The position numbers and the translations under genes were made by a program. Below, piece by piece: positions 27,672 to 36,743 of a stretch of 64,000 nt of DNA (position 1 is the stretch's first letter; each line of letters starts with the position of its first letter). The stretch spans positions 7,495 through 71,494 of the forward strand of contig JBFFED010000003.1 of assembly GCA_041559015.1 (NCBI GenBank), given 5' to 3'. The notes beneath the pieces are model-generated. The model worked only from the letters and a program-made list of their open reading frames with translations, did not search any database and had not been told where the DNA came from. The DNA is from Thermoplasmata archaeon (GTDB lineage Archaea; Thermoplasmatota; Thermoplasmata; UBA10834).

Positions 27672-28856
27672 ATGCCGGATTACGATGTGGTCGTGGTTGG
27701 CGCAGGGCCTGCGGGCTCGATGACCGCGAAGTGGGCCGCGAAGGGCGGCGCAAGGGTGTTGATGGTCGAGAAGCGCCAGGAGATAGGTTCGCCCGTCAGG
27801 TGCGGCGAGGGCATATCGAAGGCGTGGCTGAACGGCGTCGGGGTCAAGCTTGACAGCAAGAGCGTCGCGCGGGAGGTCAAGGGGGCGAGGATAGTCGCCC
27901 CGAACGGCAAGGCGTTCTACCTCTCCGAGAAGATGGCCGGGAACGAGGTCGGGATAGTCATCGACCGGGTGTTCTTCGACAAGCTGCTGGCCAAGGACGC
28001 CGTCAAGGCGGGCTCGGACCTGATGCTGAAGACCTCCGCGGTCAAGCTCCTGAGGAGCGGCGAGAAGGTTGTTGGAGTCAGGGTCAAGTCGTTCGGGCAG
28101 ACGAGGGACATCAAGGCCGGGTGCGTCGTCGGCGCGGACGGGTACGAGTCCCAGGTCGGGAGATGGGCGGGCATAGACACCACCCTGGCCCCGAGGGACA
28201 TCACGAGCTGCTTCCAGTACAGGCTCACGAACATCAAGCACGAGGCCGATTACTGCGAGTTCGTCTTGGGCAGCAAGGCCCCGGGAGGCTACATCTGGGT
28301 GTTCCCCAAGGACGAGGAGACCGCGAACGTAGGCATAGGTATGCAGCTCACCAAGCTCAAGAACCCGGGCGATGTCAAGAAGCACCTGGACAAGTTCATC
28401 GAGGGCGACCCCAGGCTGCGCAAGGGCAGGCCTCTCGAGCTCGTGAGCGGCGCGGTGTCCATATGCGCCCCGATCGACAAGACCGTCGGGAACGGCGTGC
28501 TCCTCGTCGGGGACGCCGCGAGGCAGATAGACCCCATCACGGGCGGGGGCATATCCAACAGCTGCAAGGCGGGCAAGGTCGCGGGCGAGGTGTTGGCCAA
28601 GGCCGCCCGGGAGCGCAACTTCAGCGAGCAGTCCCTGCGCAGGTACGAGAAGGGCTGGAGGGACCTGATAGAGAACAACCTCTACAGGAACTGGATGGCA
28701 AAGGAGAAGCTCGTGACGCTCAGCGACGACACGTTCAACAAGATCATCAACGCCCTGAATGAGGTCGGCGTCGAGAAGATGTCGACCCTGGCGATTCTGA
28801 AGGCGATAGAGACGAAGCACCCTGACCTTGTCAGGGAGTTCCAGGACCTCCTCTGA
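27672..28856 (+). CDS. Digeranylgeranylglycerophospholipid (geranylgeranyl) reductase
   Basis: 394 aa with the FAD motif YDVVVVGAGPAGS, RCGEG, and LLVGDAARQIDPITGGGI. Confidence 0.92.
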   Translation: MPDYDVVVVGAGPAGSMTAKWAAKGGARVLMVEKRQEIGSPVRCGEGISKAWLNGVGVKLDSKSVAREVKGARIVAPNGKAFYLSEKMAGNEVGIVIDRVFFDKLLAKDAVKAGSDLMLKTSAVKLLRSGEKVVGVRVKSFGQTRDIKAGCVVGADGYESQVGRWAGIDTTLAPRDITSCFQYRLTNIKHEADYCEFVLGSKAPGGYIWVFPKDEETANVGIGMQLTKLKNPGDVKKHLDKFIEGDPRLRKGRPLELVSGAVSICAPIDKTVGNGVLLVGDAARQIDPITGGGISNSCKAGKVAGEVLAKAARERNFSEQSLRRYEKGWRDLIENNLYRNWMAKEKLVTLSDDTFNKIINALNEVGVEKMSTLAILKAIETKHPDLVREFQDLL

Positions 28857-28882
28857 GCCCGGCAGTATCAAAACCCCCGAGT

Positions 28883-30439
28883 GTGTTCTCGGTCGGAGGA
28901 GGGCGGAGAGTGGCGTTGCTCCAGGGAATCCTTGAGGACAGGCGGAAGCTCCTGGCCGCGACGCTCCTGGTCTTCCTGCTCGCTGCGTTCCTGAGGCTCT
29001 ACAACGTACAGTGGAGCTTCTCGAACAACGGCGTCGACGAGGGCATAATGCTGATGCGCGCCCGGATGCTGAGCGAGGGGTTCGGGCTCTACTCAGAGAT
29101 ACCGTGCGACCAGGCCCCCCTGGCTCTGCTGGCCTCAGCTGCGCTCCAAGGAGATGTGCTCGCCTCGAGGCTCCTGTCCGCGGTGCTGAGCGTGGGCGCG
29201 ATAGCCGCCTGCATGGAGGCTGCCAAGCGGACGAGGGGGGAGATGGCCATGCTCGCAGCAGGGCTGATCCTCGCAGTGGACTTCGCGTTCCTCAGGGAAT
29301 CCCGGCTGTTCTCCCTCGACGCCATGTCCTCGTACTTCCTGGCGTTCTCCCTCCTGCCGCTTCTCGCCTACGCCAGGGGAGGGAGCAGGCCTATGCTCGC
29401 AATGGCGGGGATCCTGTTGGGCCTATCGGCCGCATCGAAACTGTACGGCGCCGTCGCGGTCACGGGCGTGCTGGCGTTCATGCTCGCGGAGATCGTCGCC
29501 GAGAGGAGGAAGGGGAGCCCTGTGCGTCGGAGGACACTGGACGCGGCGCTCCTGACCGTGGCCGCTGTCATACCTTTGGGGGTCCTCCTGGCGCTCATGG
29601 GTCCGTCGGAGATGCTCGGAGGCATGATCTTCGACCAGGGGCACAGGGAGTTCGGCCTCCTCATGAAGCTCTCAATCCTGCTCTACTTCGCGTTCAACGT
29701 GTTGTACGTGCTCCCGCTCGTGTACGCGCGCTCGCTCTGGGGGAGGTCGCCGGAGGCTCGGGTGCTCCTGTGCGTGTCCCTGGTCCTCCTGCTCAACTTC
29801 GTCCTCCAGCCGCTCGCGTTCCTGCACAACCTCGTCATGATGAGCCCCCCGCTTGCGGTCCTGGTCGGCCTCATGATTGCGGATGTATTTGAACCTGAAA
29901 AAGCCAATCTGAATCGTAGTGATGAGGATAATGTTCATAAAATGGGCGTACGCCTCAGGGGCATCGCCATTGCGCTCTTCGCGGTGAGCATCGTCGTCTC
30001 GGCGGGGGTGGCGTCCTACGGCCTCGCTGTCCAGGGAAAGCCGCCTCAGCAGGTCTACGGCGAGGTGATAGCTTCTTGGACGGCCGAGGACGACTGGATC
30101 ATCAGCGGCGACCCTCTAATAGCGGCCTACGCGGAGCGTAGCGTCCCGGTGAGCATGGTCAACATGGGCACCAGGATATACCCTGACATCACGCTCCAGG
30201 ACGTGGAGGCGGCAGTCGTGGAGAACGATGTGGCGGTGGTCGTGATATGCTACCGCCTGTTCGAGGAGGACATGGCGGGGCTGCCCCTGTTCCTGATGGA
30301 GAACGGCTACAGCAGAGTGTCACCGTCCGCACTCGGCGAATGGTCTTCCGCAGCGGTCGAGACCTCCGAGAACGAGCAGACACCGTTGGTGTTCGTCTTG
30401 GACCAGATAGTCGACAGGCTCGGTCTGCCGACCGGGTGA
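28883..30439 (+). CDS. GT39/ArnT-like (PMT_2) membrane glycosyltransferase
   Basis: 518 aa with about 11 TM helices. The first loop carries NNGVDEGIMLMRA (DE motif), and there is a soluble C-terminal domain. Confidence 0.72.
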   Translation: MFSVGGGRRVALLQGILEDRRKLLAATLLVFLLAAFLRLYNVQWSFSNNGVDEGIMLMRARMLSEGFGLYSEIPCDQAPLALLASAALQGDVLASRLLSAVLSVGAIAACMEAAKRTRGEMAMLAAGLILAVDFAFLRESRLFSLDAMSSYFLAFSLLPLLAYARGGSRPMLAMAGILLGLSAASKLYGAVAVTGVLAFMLAEIVAERRKGSPVRRRTLDAALLTVAAVIPLGVLLALMGPSEMLGGMIFDQGHREFGLLMKLSILLYFAFNVLYVLPLVYARSLWGRSPEARVLLCVSLVLLLNFVLQPLAFLHNLVMMSPPLAVLVGLMIADVFEPEKANLNRSDEDNVHKMGVRLRGIAIALFAVSIVVSAGVASYGLAVQGKPPQQVYGEVIASWTAEDDWIISGDPLIAAYAERSVPVSMVNMGTRIYPDITLQDVEAAVVENDVAVVVICYRLFEEDMAGLPLFLMENGYSRVSPSALGEWSSAAVETSENEQTPLVFVLDQIVDRLGLPTG

Positions 30440-30452
30440 GGATGCGGGGGAT

Positions 30453-31655
30453 CTACCTGCGCCTCTTGACATCGTCCCCGAAGGTCCACATCGAGTTGGC
30501 CAGGAAGTTGAATATGCTGACCAGGAATATCGCGATGACCTGGGCGAACACAAGATAGAGGCTCGCCTTGTCCTGTCTGAGCCCGAGGGAGGGCATGACC
30601 TCCTCGACGAGCGCCCAGAGGATTATCAGGTTCAGCATCAGGCCGTCGACGCTCACCAGCAGGAACTGAGGGTACTGGAAGCGGATCTTCCCCTTGGACT
30701 TGAAGGTCCACAGCCTATTCCATATGAAGTTGTTCGTGTCGGCAATTATGAAGGCCAGCACGGCGGCCCATAGATAGTATACGTTGAACAGCTCGACCGA
30801 TGTCCACAGCACAAGCAGGTTGATGACGGCCCCGATGCCGCCTATGATGGCGAACTTGAGATACTTCGCGAGCCAGAACCTGTCGTGCTCGTACAGGGTC
30901 GTGACGTGGTCTATGTACCTGAGCATGACCGCTCCCCCGAGCTTGCTCTGGCCGGCCTTCCGGTTGGCGAAGCGTATCGGCACCTCCACGACTTTCGTGT
31001 GTCTGCCCTTCACGAGTATCTCGAGCCCGATCTTGTAGCCGACAGGGTCCAGCTCGACGCCCTCGATGACCGAGCGCTTCAGCGCGAAGAAGCCCGACAT
31101 CGGGTCCTTGACCTTCGTCAGCGGGCGGGCGAGCAAGGTGGCAGCCTTGGAGAGCAACCTCCTGTGGATGGGCCAGTCCTCGATGCTCCCCCCGGGCACG
31201 TGCCTGCTCCCGACGACCATATCGGCCCTGCCCTCGGTGATCTGCGTGACCATCTCCGGTATCTTCTCCGGTGGATGGCTCAGATCCGCGTCCATGACGA
31301 CCAGGATGTCCCCGCTAGCCGCGGCGAACCCTTCGAGCACCGCCGAGGACAGCCCCAGCTTGCCCGTCCTGTGGAGTACCTTCAGGTTATGGCTCTTGGC
31401 GAGCTCCTCCGCCATCGCGCCCGTCCCGTCCGGACTGTCGTCGTCGACAATGACAATCTCGGCCTCGAGCCCAGTGGGGGAGACCGACTCCTCGATGCGT
31501 CTGACCAGCTCATCCAGGTTGTCCCTCTCGTTGTAAGTCGGGACGACTACTGAGATCGCGGCGCTCCCTCCTTCACACGGACGCGTCTCTTGTAGACAAA
31601 CGAGACGATGATGCTGAGCGATATGACCACTGCCACGGCGCCCAGGGCGACCCAC
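30453..31655 (-). CDS. Dolichyl-phosphate mannose/glucose synthase-like GT2 fused to a C-terminal GtrA-like membrane domain
   Basis: The GT2 core is ISVVVPTYNERDNL...VIVDDDSPDGT...VMDADLSHPP, followed by a 4-TM GtrA-like tail. The start is uncertain: the conserved domain begins at ~31556 and the nearest canonical in-frame start is the GTG at 31655 (see finding). Confidence 0.8.
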   Translation of the reverse strand: MGRPGRRGSGHIAQHHRLVCLQETRPCEGGSAAISVVVPTYNERDNLDELVRRIEESVSPTGLEAEIVIVDDDSPDGTGAMAEELAKSHNLKVLHRTGKLGLSSAVLEGFAAASGDILVVMDADLSHPPEKIPEMVTQITEGRADMVVGSRHVPGGSIEDWPIHRRLLSKAATLLARPLTKVKDPMSGFFALKRSVIEGVELDPVGYKIGLEILVKGRHTKVVEVPIRFANRKAGQSKLGGAVMLRYIDHVTTLYEHDRFWLAKYLKFAIIGGIGAVINLLVLWTSVELFNVYYLWAAVLAFIIADTNNFIWNRLWTFKSKGKIRFQYPQFLLVSVDGLMLNLIILWALVEEVMPSLGLRQDKASLYLVFAQVIAIFLVSIFNFLANSMWTFGDDVKRRR

Positions 31656-32143
31656 GGGGCAAGCTCCTGCCTGATGTTGTCGTAGCTGAGCCAGCAGAGC
31701 ACGACCACGCCGGAGAACTTCGCGAGGGCTCCCACGACGAGGTAGCCGGCGCATTTGCGCAGGTCCCATTCGCAGACCGCCATGAACGCGCCTGTGTACG
31801 GTACGACTGGAGCGAGCCTGTTGAGCAGCAGCAGGCGCTCGTCACTGACGATCAGGAAGTCGGTGTACTTCGTCATCGCCTTCCTGATGAAGGCCGGCGG
31901 CTGGATCAGCTTCACGAGCGAATATAGCGTGAAGTTCCCGATCAGGCTGGCCAAGGTGGCTACCAGGACTATCGCCAGTCCCCAGGCGAACGAGTCCGCG
32001 CTGGCGCCGAATATGAAGACTATCCACACTTCAGGCAGCGTCGGGAACCCGGTGCCGTCTATCACGATTATGAGCGTGAGCGCGAGGAGCATCCCGAGGT
32101 CGCCCAGGGATGAGAACAGGCCTATGATGTCCTCGCCGATCAT
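31547..32143 (-). CDS. DedA/VTT (SNARE-associated) family membrane protein
   Basis: 198 aa with 4-5 TM helices. It has the VTT-like motif LLLLNRLAPVVPYTGAFMAV. Confidence 0.68.
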   Translation of the reverse strand: MIGEDIIGLFSSLGDLGMLLALTLIIVIDGTGFPTLPEVWIVFIFGASADSFAWGLAIVLVATLASLIGNFTLYSLVKLIQPPAFIRKAMTKYTDFLIVSDERLLLLNRLAPVVPYTGAFMAVCEWDLRKCAGYLVVGALAKFSGVVVLCWLSYDNIRQELAPWVALGAVAVVISLSIIVSFVYKRRVRVKEGAPRSQ

Positions 32144-33183
32144 CCGACAGGCCTCCCAGCGGCCAAGTCCTCGTAGAGCTGTTTGAGCATCAGTGCTGTC
32201 TTCTTCATGTCGTGTTCCTCCGCGAGTGACCGCGCCCCCTCGGACATCCTTTCCCTGAGCGCCGGGTCATCCAGCATACGCGACAGCTCCGACACGAACT
32301 CCGCGTCAGTCCGGGCCTTCACGCAGTGAGCGCCGTCCTGGACCCATTCATCGTAGACCGGTATATCCCTGATGAGCAGGGGACAGCCGCAGCTCGCGGC
32401 CTCCAGCATCACATTCCCGTAGCTCTCCGCCCTGGTCGGGAAGACGAACACGTCGGCCGCGGAGTAGACGCCCCTAATCTGGTCGAACGGGACGTGCCCT
32501 GGGAAGATGACGTTGCCCCTCGGGGTCGAGTCGAGGGCATCCTCGAGCAGGGCTTCGCTCTCGCCCACCCACACGAACTTGACGTCCTTCCTCTCCTTGA
32601 GTGCGTTGGACATCGCGACGAATGTGTCCACGCCTTTCCTCGGTATCCTCAGGCCGACGCTCACCACGAGCTTGTCGAAGGCGGAGACGCCGATGCTTTC
32701 CCTGAACCTCTCTCCCATGACCGGGTCACGGGTGAAGACCTCCCTGTTTATGCCGTTGGGTATGACCCTGAACGGTCCCCGGACGCCGTCCCTGGCGAGC
32801 GCTTTTGCGACGTACGGCGTCGCCCCGAGGACGACCGTGCCCAGGTTGTAGAACTTGACGGAGTACTTGCGCACGACCGGATAGGCGAAGGAGCCTCCGA
32901 CGAACCCCCCCTTGACCAGTTCCGGCAGGTGTCTTCCGTGCACGACCACCGGCCTGCCCTGGCGCCTCTTCCTGAGCGCCCAGAGGAACGAATCTGGGAG
33001 CGGGCTGTGGAGGTGAAGGACTTCGTAGTCCTCCTTGGGCTTGTTCATCACGACCCTGACGCCGATCTTCTCGAGCTCCCGGGCGACCATGGGCACGTTG
33101 GTGCCCATTCCGCCGGGGTTCTTGAACGGGATGATGCTCCTGTACATCTCCAGCTCGGTCATCATGCAAACTGAGACCAACAC
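32140..33183 (-). CDS. GT4 (GT-B fold) glycosyltransferase
   Basis: The C-terminal half reads FPGHVPFDQIRGVYSAADVFVFPTRAESYGNVMLEAASCGCPLL (E-x7-E-type motif). It overlaps the DedA-like start by 4 nt. Confidence 0.85.
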   Translation of the reverse strand: MLVSVCMMTELEMYRSIIPFKNPGGMGTNVPMVARELEKIGVRVVMNKPKEDYEVLHLHSPLPDSFLWALRKRRQGRPVVVHGRHLPELVKGGFVGGSFAYPVVRKYSVKFYNLGTVVLGATPYVAKALARDGVRGPFRVIPNGINREVFTRDPVMGERFRESIGVSAFDKLVVSVGLRIPRKGVDTFVAMSNALKERKDVKFVWVGESEALLEDALDSTPRGNVIFPGHVPFDQIRGVYSAADVFVFPTRAESYGNVMLEAASCGCPLLIRDIPVYDEWVQDGAHCVKARTDAEFVSELSRMLDDPALRERMSEGARSLAEEHDMKKTALMLKQLYEDLAAGRPVG

Positions 33184-33324
33184 ATCACCCGCGAGGTCGT
33201 CGGGGCCCTGCCCGCCCTGCGTCCCCTGACCCGCTCGCGAGCATTAGACTGCCATGATATATAACTAATCCGACTCGGCTGGGGCGCTGCCTCGGGACGT
33301 CGCTGGCCGTGTCATCAGGGAACC

Positions 33325-33332
33325 TATTTATA
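33325..33332 (+). promoter_or_regulatory. Putative TATA box upstream of the EamA-like gene
   Basis: TATTTATA lies 32 nt upstream of the ATG at 33357. The earlier ATGs at 33309 and 33336 are too close to it or upstream of it. Confidence 0.35.
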
Positions 33333-33356
33333 GACATGCCAGGCTTCAGCGCCACA

Positions 33357-33803
33357 ATGGAGCGGAGCAGGATGGAGACTTCTGCATTCCTGTTCGCCGT
33401 CGCCACCTTCGTCCTGTGGGGCACGACGAACTTCCTGATAGGCTATGGAGAGAAATCGCTGAAGATGGACCCGCAGGTCTTCACCGCGGTGATGTGGTGC
33501 GCCATGGGTGCCCTCGGGCTCGTCATGCTCGTCTATGTGCTCCTTACCGGGAGGGAGATACCGATGAACATCAACATCTCCGTCCCCGCTGCGGCCGGCC
33601 TGCTGCTGGGTGTGGGCATACTCGCGTTCACCTTCGCCATGTCCCACACGGACATGTCCACAGGGGCCACGGCTGCCGTGGCAACCTCGAACGCCGCCCT
33701 GACGGTCATGCTCGCGTTCTTCCTGCTCAGAGAGCCGCTCCTGCTCAAGGAATGGATAGGGATCGCCACGGTCATCCTGGGGATAATCATACTGAGGATC
33801 TAG
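33357..33803 (+). CDS. Small EamA/DMT-family membrane transporter
   Basis: 148 aa from the ATG at 33357 with 5 TM helices. The single EamA-like domain ends in LLREPLLLKEWIGIATVILGIIIL. Confidence 0.68.
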   Translation: MERSRMETSAFLFAVATFVLWGTTNFLIGYGEKSLKMDPQVFTAVMWCAMGALGLVMLVYVLLTGREIPMNINISVPAAAGLLLGVGILAFTFAMSHTDMSTGATAAVATSNAALTVMLAFFLLREPLLLKEWIGIATVILGIIILRI

Positions 33804-33808
33804 GAGGG

Positions 33809-35062
33809 CTACTTCTCCCAGACCACCCTGCCGTCCTTGACAACCACTGAGCAGAGGTTCGTCCCGAACCTATATGGTAACTGTGCGTGCGATCCTATGT
33901 CCATTATCGCGATGTCCGCCCTCTTCCCCACCTCGAGGGACCCCACCCGCTTCTCGAGCCCGAGCGCTGCGGCGGCGTTGATCGTTGCGGCGGTGATCGA
34001 TTCCGCGGGGGTCATGCGCATCTTGTGGCACGCGAGGCTGATGGTGAATTGCATCGACTCGTTCCAGCAGTTGGGGTTGAGGTCGGTCCCGAGAGCGACT
34101 GGGACGCCCAGGTCTATGAGCCTCCGGCCGTCCGCATAATCCTTCGACATCGATGAGTAGGGCGTTCCTGGGAGGAGCACACCGACGACGTCCTTCCTCG
34201 CCATGGCCATGATGCCATCGTCCGTGGTCTTCGCGAGGTGCTCGGCGGATATCGCCCCGACCTCGGCCGCGAGCTCCGCGCCCCCCGAGGCATGCAGCTC
34301 GTCCGCGTGTATCTTGAGCCTCATGCCGAGGGCCTTCGCCTCCTCGAGGACCTTCCTTGACTGGTCCACGGTGAACACGCCCTTCTCGCAGAATACGTCA
34401 CAGAACGCCGCGAGCCTCCGCTTCGATACTTCCGGGAGCACCTCCGAACAGACGAACGTGATGTAGTCGTCCGGCTTCCCGGTGAACTCCTCGGGCACCG
34501 CGTGCGCCCCCAGGAACGTCGGCACGACATCGACTGGGAAATCGTCCCCGAGCTTGCGGATCGTCTCCAGGATCCTGAGCTCGACGTCTTTGTCGAGCCC
34601 GTAACCGGATTTCGCCTCGACGGTCGTCGACCCGTGGGATATCATGGACTCGAGCCTCCTCGCGGACTGCCTGAACAGCTCGTGCGGAGAAGCGGCCCTC
34701 GTGTCCCGGACCGTCCTGAGTATCCCTCCGCCCTCCTTAAGTATGTCCAGGTATCCCTTCCCCTTGGCCTTAAGCTCGAGCTCGAACTCCCTCGAGCCGG
34801 CGTACACGAGGTGCGTGTGCGGGTCGACCATCCCCGGCATGACGACCCTGCCCGAGGCGTCTTTCCTCTCGACCCCGGACGCGTCGTGCTCCCTCAGGAC
34901 GGACTCCGTCTTCCCGACCGCGGCCACGGCCCCTCCAGAGACAGCGACCGCGCCATCGCGTATTATCCTGAGCTCCGACATCTCGTGCTTGGCCCGGGCC
35001 CTTCGGGGCCCCTTCAGGGTAATCAGCTCCGAGGCGTTCGTGATGATGAGGTCGTCCGTCAT
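33809..35062 (-). CDS. hutI: Imidazolonepropionase (amidohydrolase superfamily)
   Basis: PGMVDPHTHLVYAGSREFELELKAKGKGYLDILKEGGGILRTVRDTRAAS is the HutI signature region. The protein is 417 aa. Confidence 0.85.
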   Translation of the reverse strand: MTDDLIITNASELITLKGPRRARAKHEMSELRIIRDGAVAVSGGAVAAVGKTESVLREHDASGVERKDASGRVVMPGMVDPHTHLVYAGSREFELELKAKGKGYLDILKEGGGILRTVRDTRAASPHELFRQSARRLESMISHGSTTVEAKSGYGLDKDVELRILETIRKLGDDFPVDVVPTFLGAHAVPEEFTGKPDDYITFVCSEVLPEVSKRRLAAFCDVFCEKGVFTVDQSRKVLEEAKALGMRLKIHADELHASGGAELAAEVGAISAEHLAKTTDDGIMAMARKDVVGVLLPGTPYSSMSKDYADGRRLIDLGVPVALGTDLNPNCWNESMQFTISLACHKMRMTPAESITAATINAAAALGLEKRVGSLEVGKRADIAIMDIGSHAQLPYRFGTNLCSVVVKDGRVVWEK

Positions 35063-35114
35063 CGCTACCGTCGCCGATAATGCCGGTTTCCGCCTATAAG
35101 AGGTTCGGGCTCCC

Positions 35115-36698
35115 TCACTGGCCCCTCTTCCCGAGCAGCTCGTTGACCGCGTACTGGATGGTGTCCTGGGGGTTCAGCAGGTTCCTGAAGTACCTGTAGT
35201 CCGAGGCCTCCAGCTCCCCCAGCATGTACGCCGACACGCCGTACGTGACCGTGCCAGCGAGCGCCAGCACTATGAGCCCGAACCACTGGTCGGCGGAGAT
35301 CACGAGCCAGTCCAGGGTGTACATGACCCCGACCATGAGCAGGGCACACATGAGGTGCCTGAACGAGCGCGAGTTGGGGACTATCTTCGCTATCCTCCAG
35401 GCCATGTACCTAAGCACGAAGAAGTAGTATATCGAGGAGACCAGGAGGGAGGCTGCAGCCCCGAATGCGCCCAGGCCCAGCATCTGTATCCCGAAGGCCG
35501 ACCTGGGGACGAGTATGAGCAAGGCGGCCAGCTGCACGCCTATCCCACCCACGCCTATGTAGAACAGAGTTGTGGGCTTGCCTACGCCCGCGATCGCCGA
35601 CCTGAGAGGCAGGACGAGTGCGACCACCGTGCTCGCTATGACGAGGAGGTTCATCGTCCTGACCTCCGAGGCGAACTCGCCCGTCAGGAATACGCCAAGT
35701 ATCTCTTCCCCGAATGTCAGGTAGAACGCGGCGGTCGGGATGACTATGAGCGACACGTACCTCTCCGCTTGGTTCACGATGTCCCAGCTCGCGGCCACGT
35801 CCTTCCTCGTGAAGTACGCCATGACCGAGGGGAGTATCAGCGTCGCGACCGCGAGCGAGAACACCCCGACGAACACCGCCATCCGCTGCACGCCGAAATA
35901 GAGCCCTACCACCTCTGCGCCCCAGAAGTGCCCTACCACCACCTTGTCCAGGAACAGGTCCAGCACTATGATCATAGAGACCACGAACACGGGCGCCAGG
36001 GACCGGATGTACTTCATGAGGGTATCGCGGTCCGGCCGAGATATCCTCACGCGGGCCATGAGAAGGGCGACCAGGAGCATAGAGGATATCACCCCTGCGA
36101 CATACGATGCCGCGAGCAACGCCGGGCCTTCCGGAGAGCCCTTGAAGGCCGAGGTCGCGACGAATATCATGAACGAGACGCGCACCACGAGCTCCAAGAG
36201 CGCAGGGATGTGCACCTTCGCGACCGCGTCCTGGGCGTCGAACGTGTGCGTCGCAATCTGGCTTATGCCCAGGAGTATGTAGTACATCAGGAACGCGTTG
36301 AGGGAGTCGACGACAGGGTCTGTCGCCGGCATCGCCCCTCCGAAATGGTTGCCGCTCCAGAGGTTGATCATGGCAAAGGAGACAAGCGAGAATATCGCCA
36401 GGAGGACGAGCTTGATCGACGCGTATGCGCCTACGCACTTCCCGAGGTCCTCGCCCTTCCGGATGAAATTGGAGTGTACGGATCCCACGCCGAAGTCCGA
36501 CAAGAAGCTCAGGAGGCCGACTGTGGCCATGGCGTAGCCGAGTATCCCTAGGGCCGTGGGGCCCATGTTCTGCGCGATGAAGACGAGCGCCGCAGTGCTC
36601 AATACCGCCCCGATCACGCCGTTCGCGACTGACAGGGCTGCCTTGGGGCTCATGAGCCTGTGGTTCGTCGTGGCCTCCCGCTTGCCCTCATCGGGCAT
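35115..36698 (-). CDS. Oligosaccharide/polysaccharide flippase (MOP superfamily, Wzx/RfbX-like)
   Basis: 527 aa with ~14 TM helices. The N-terminal pattern is LGILGYAMATVGLLSFLSDFGVGSVH. Confidence 0.78.
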   Translation of the reverse strand: MPDEGKREATTNHRLMSPKAALSVANGVIGAVLSTAALVFIAQNMGPTALGILGYAMATVGLLSFLSDFGVGSVHSNFIRKGEDLGKCVGAYASIKLVLLAIFSLVSFAMINLWSGNHFGGAMPATDPVVDSLNAFLMYYILLGISQIATHTFDAQDAVAKVHIPALLELVVRVSFMIFVATSAFKGSPEGPALLAASYVAGVISSMLLVALLMARVRISRPDRDTLMKYIRSLAPVFVVSMIIVLDLFLDKVVVGHFWGAEVVGLYFGVQRMAVFVGVFSLAVATLILPSVMAYFTRKDVAASWDIVNQAERYVSLIVIPTAAFYLTFGEEILGVFLTGEFASEVRTMNLLVIASTVVALVLPLRSAIAGVGKPTTLFYIGVGGIGVQLAALLILVPRSAFGIQMLGLGAFGAAASLLVSSIYYFFVLRYMAWRIAKIVPNSRSFRHLMCALLMVGVMYTLDWLVISADQWFGLIVLALAGTVTYGVSAYMLGELEASDYRYFRNLLNPQDTIQYAVNELLGKRGQ

Positions 36699-36743
36699 GC
36701 TCCCTTAACATATGGGTCGCAATATAAAACTAGTGATGGGCCG

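Noticed and set aside
27390-28871. 493-aa ORF antisense to the geranylgeranyl reductase gene.
   Set aside because: It is the longest spurious ORF in the track. It has L/R/P/G/D-rich low-information sequence opposite an unambiguous FAD-dependent GGR.
35355-36551. 398-aa plus-strand and 342-aa minus-strand ORFs overlapping the flippase gene.
   Set aside because: They are extremely R/H/E/D/G-rich. The third frame encodes a coherent 14-TM MOP flippase.
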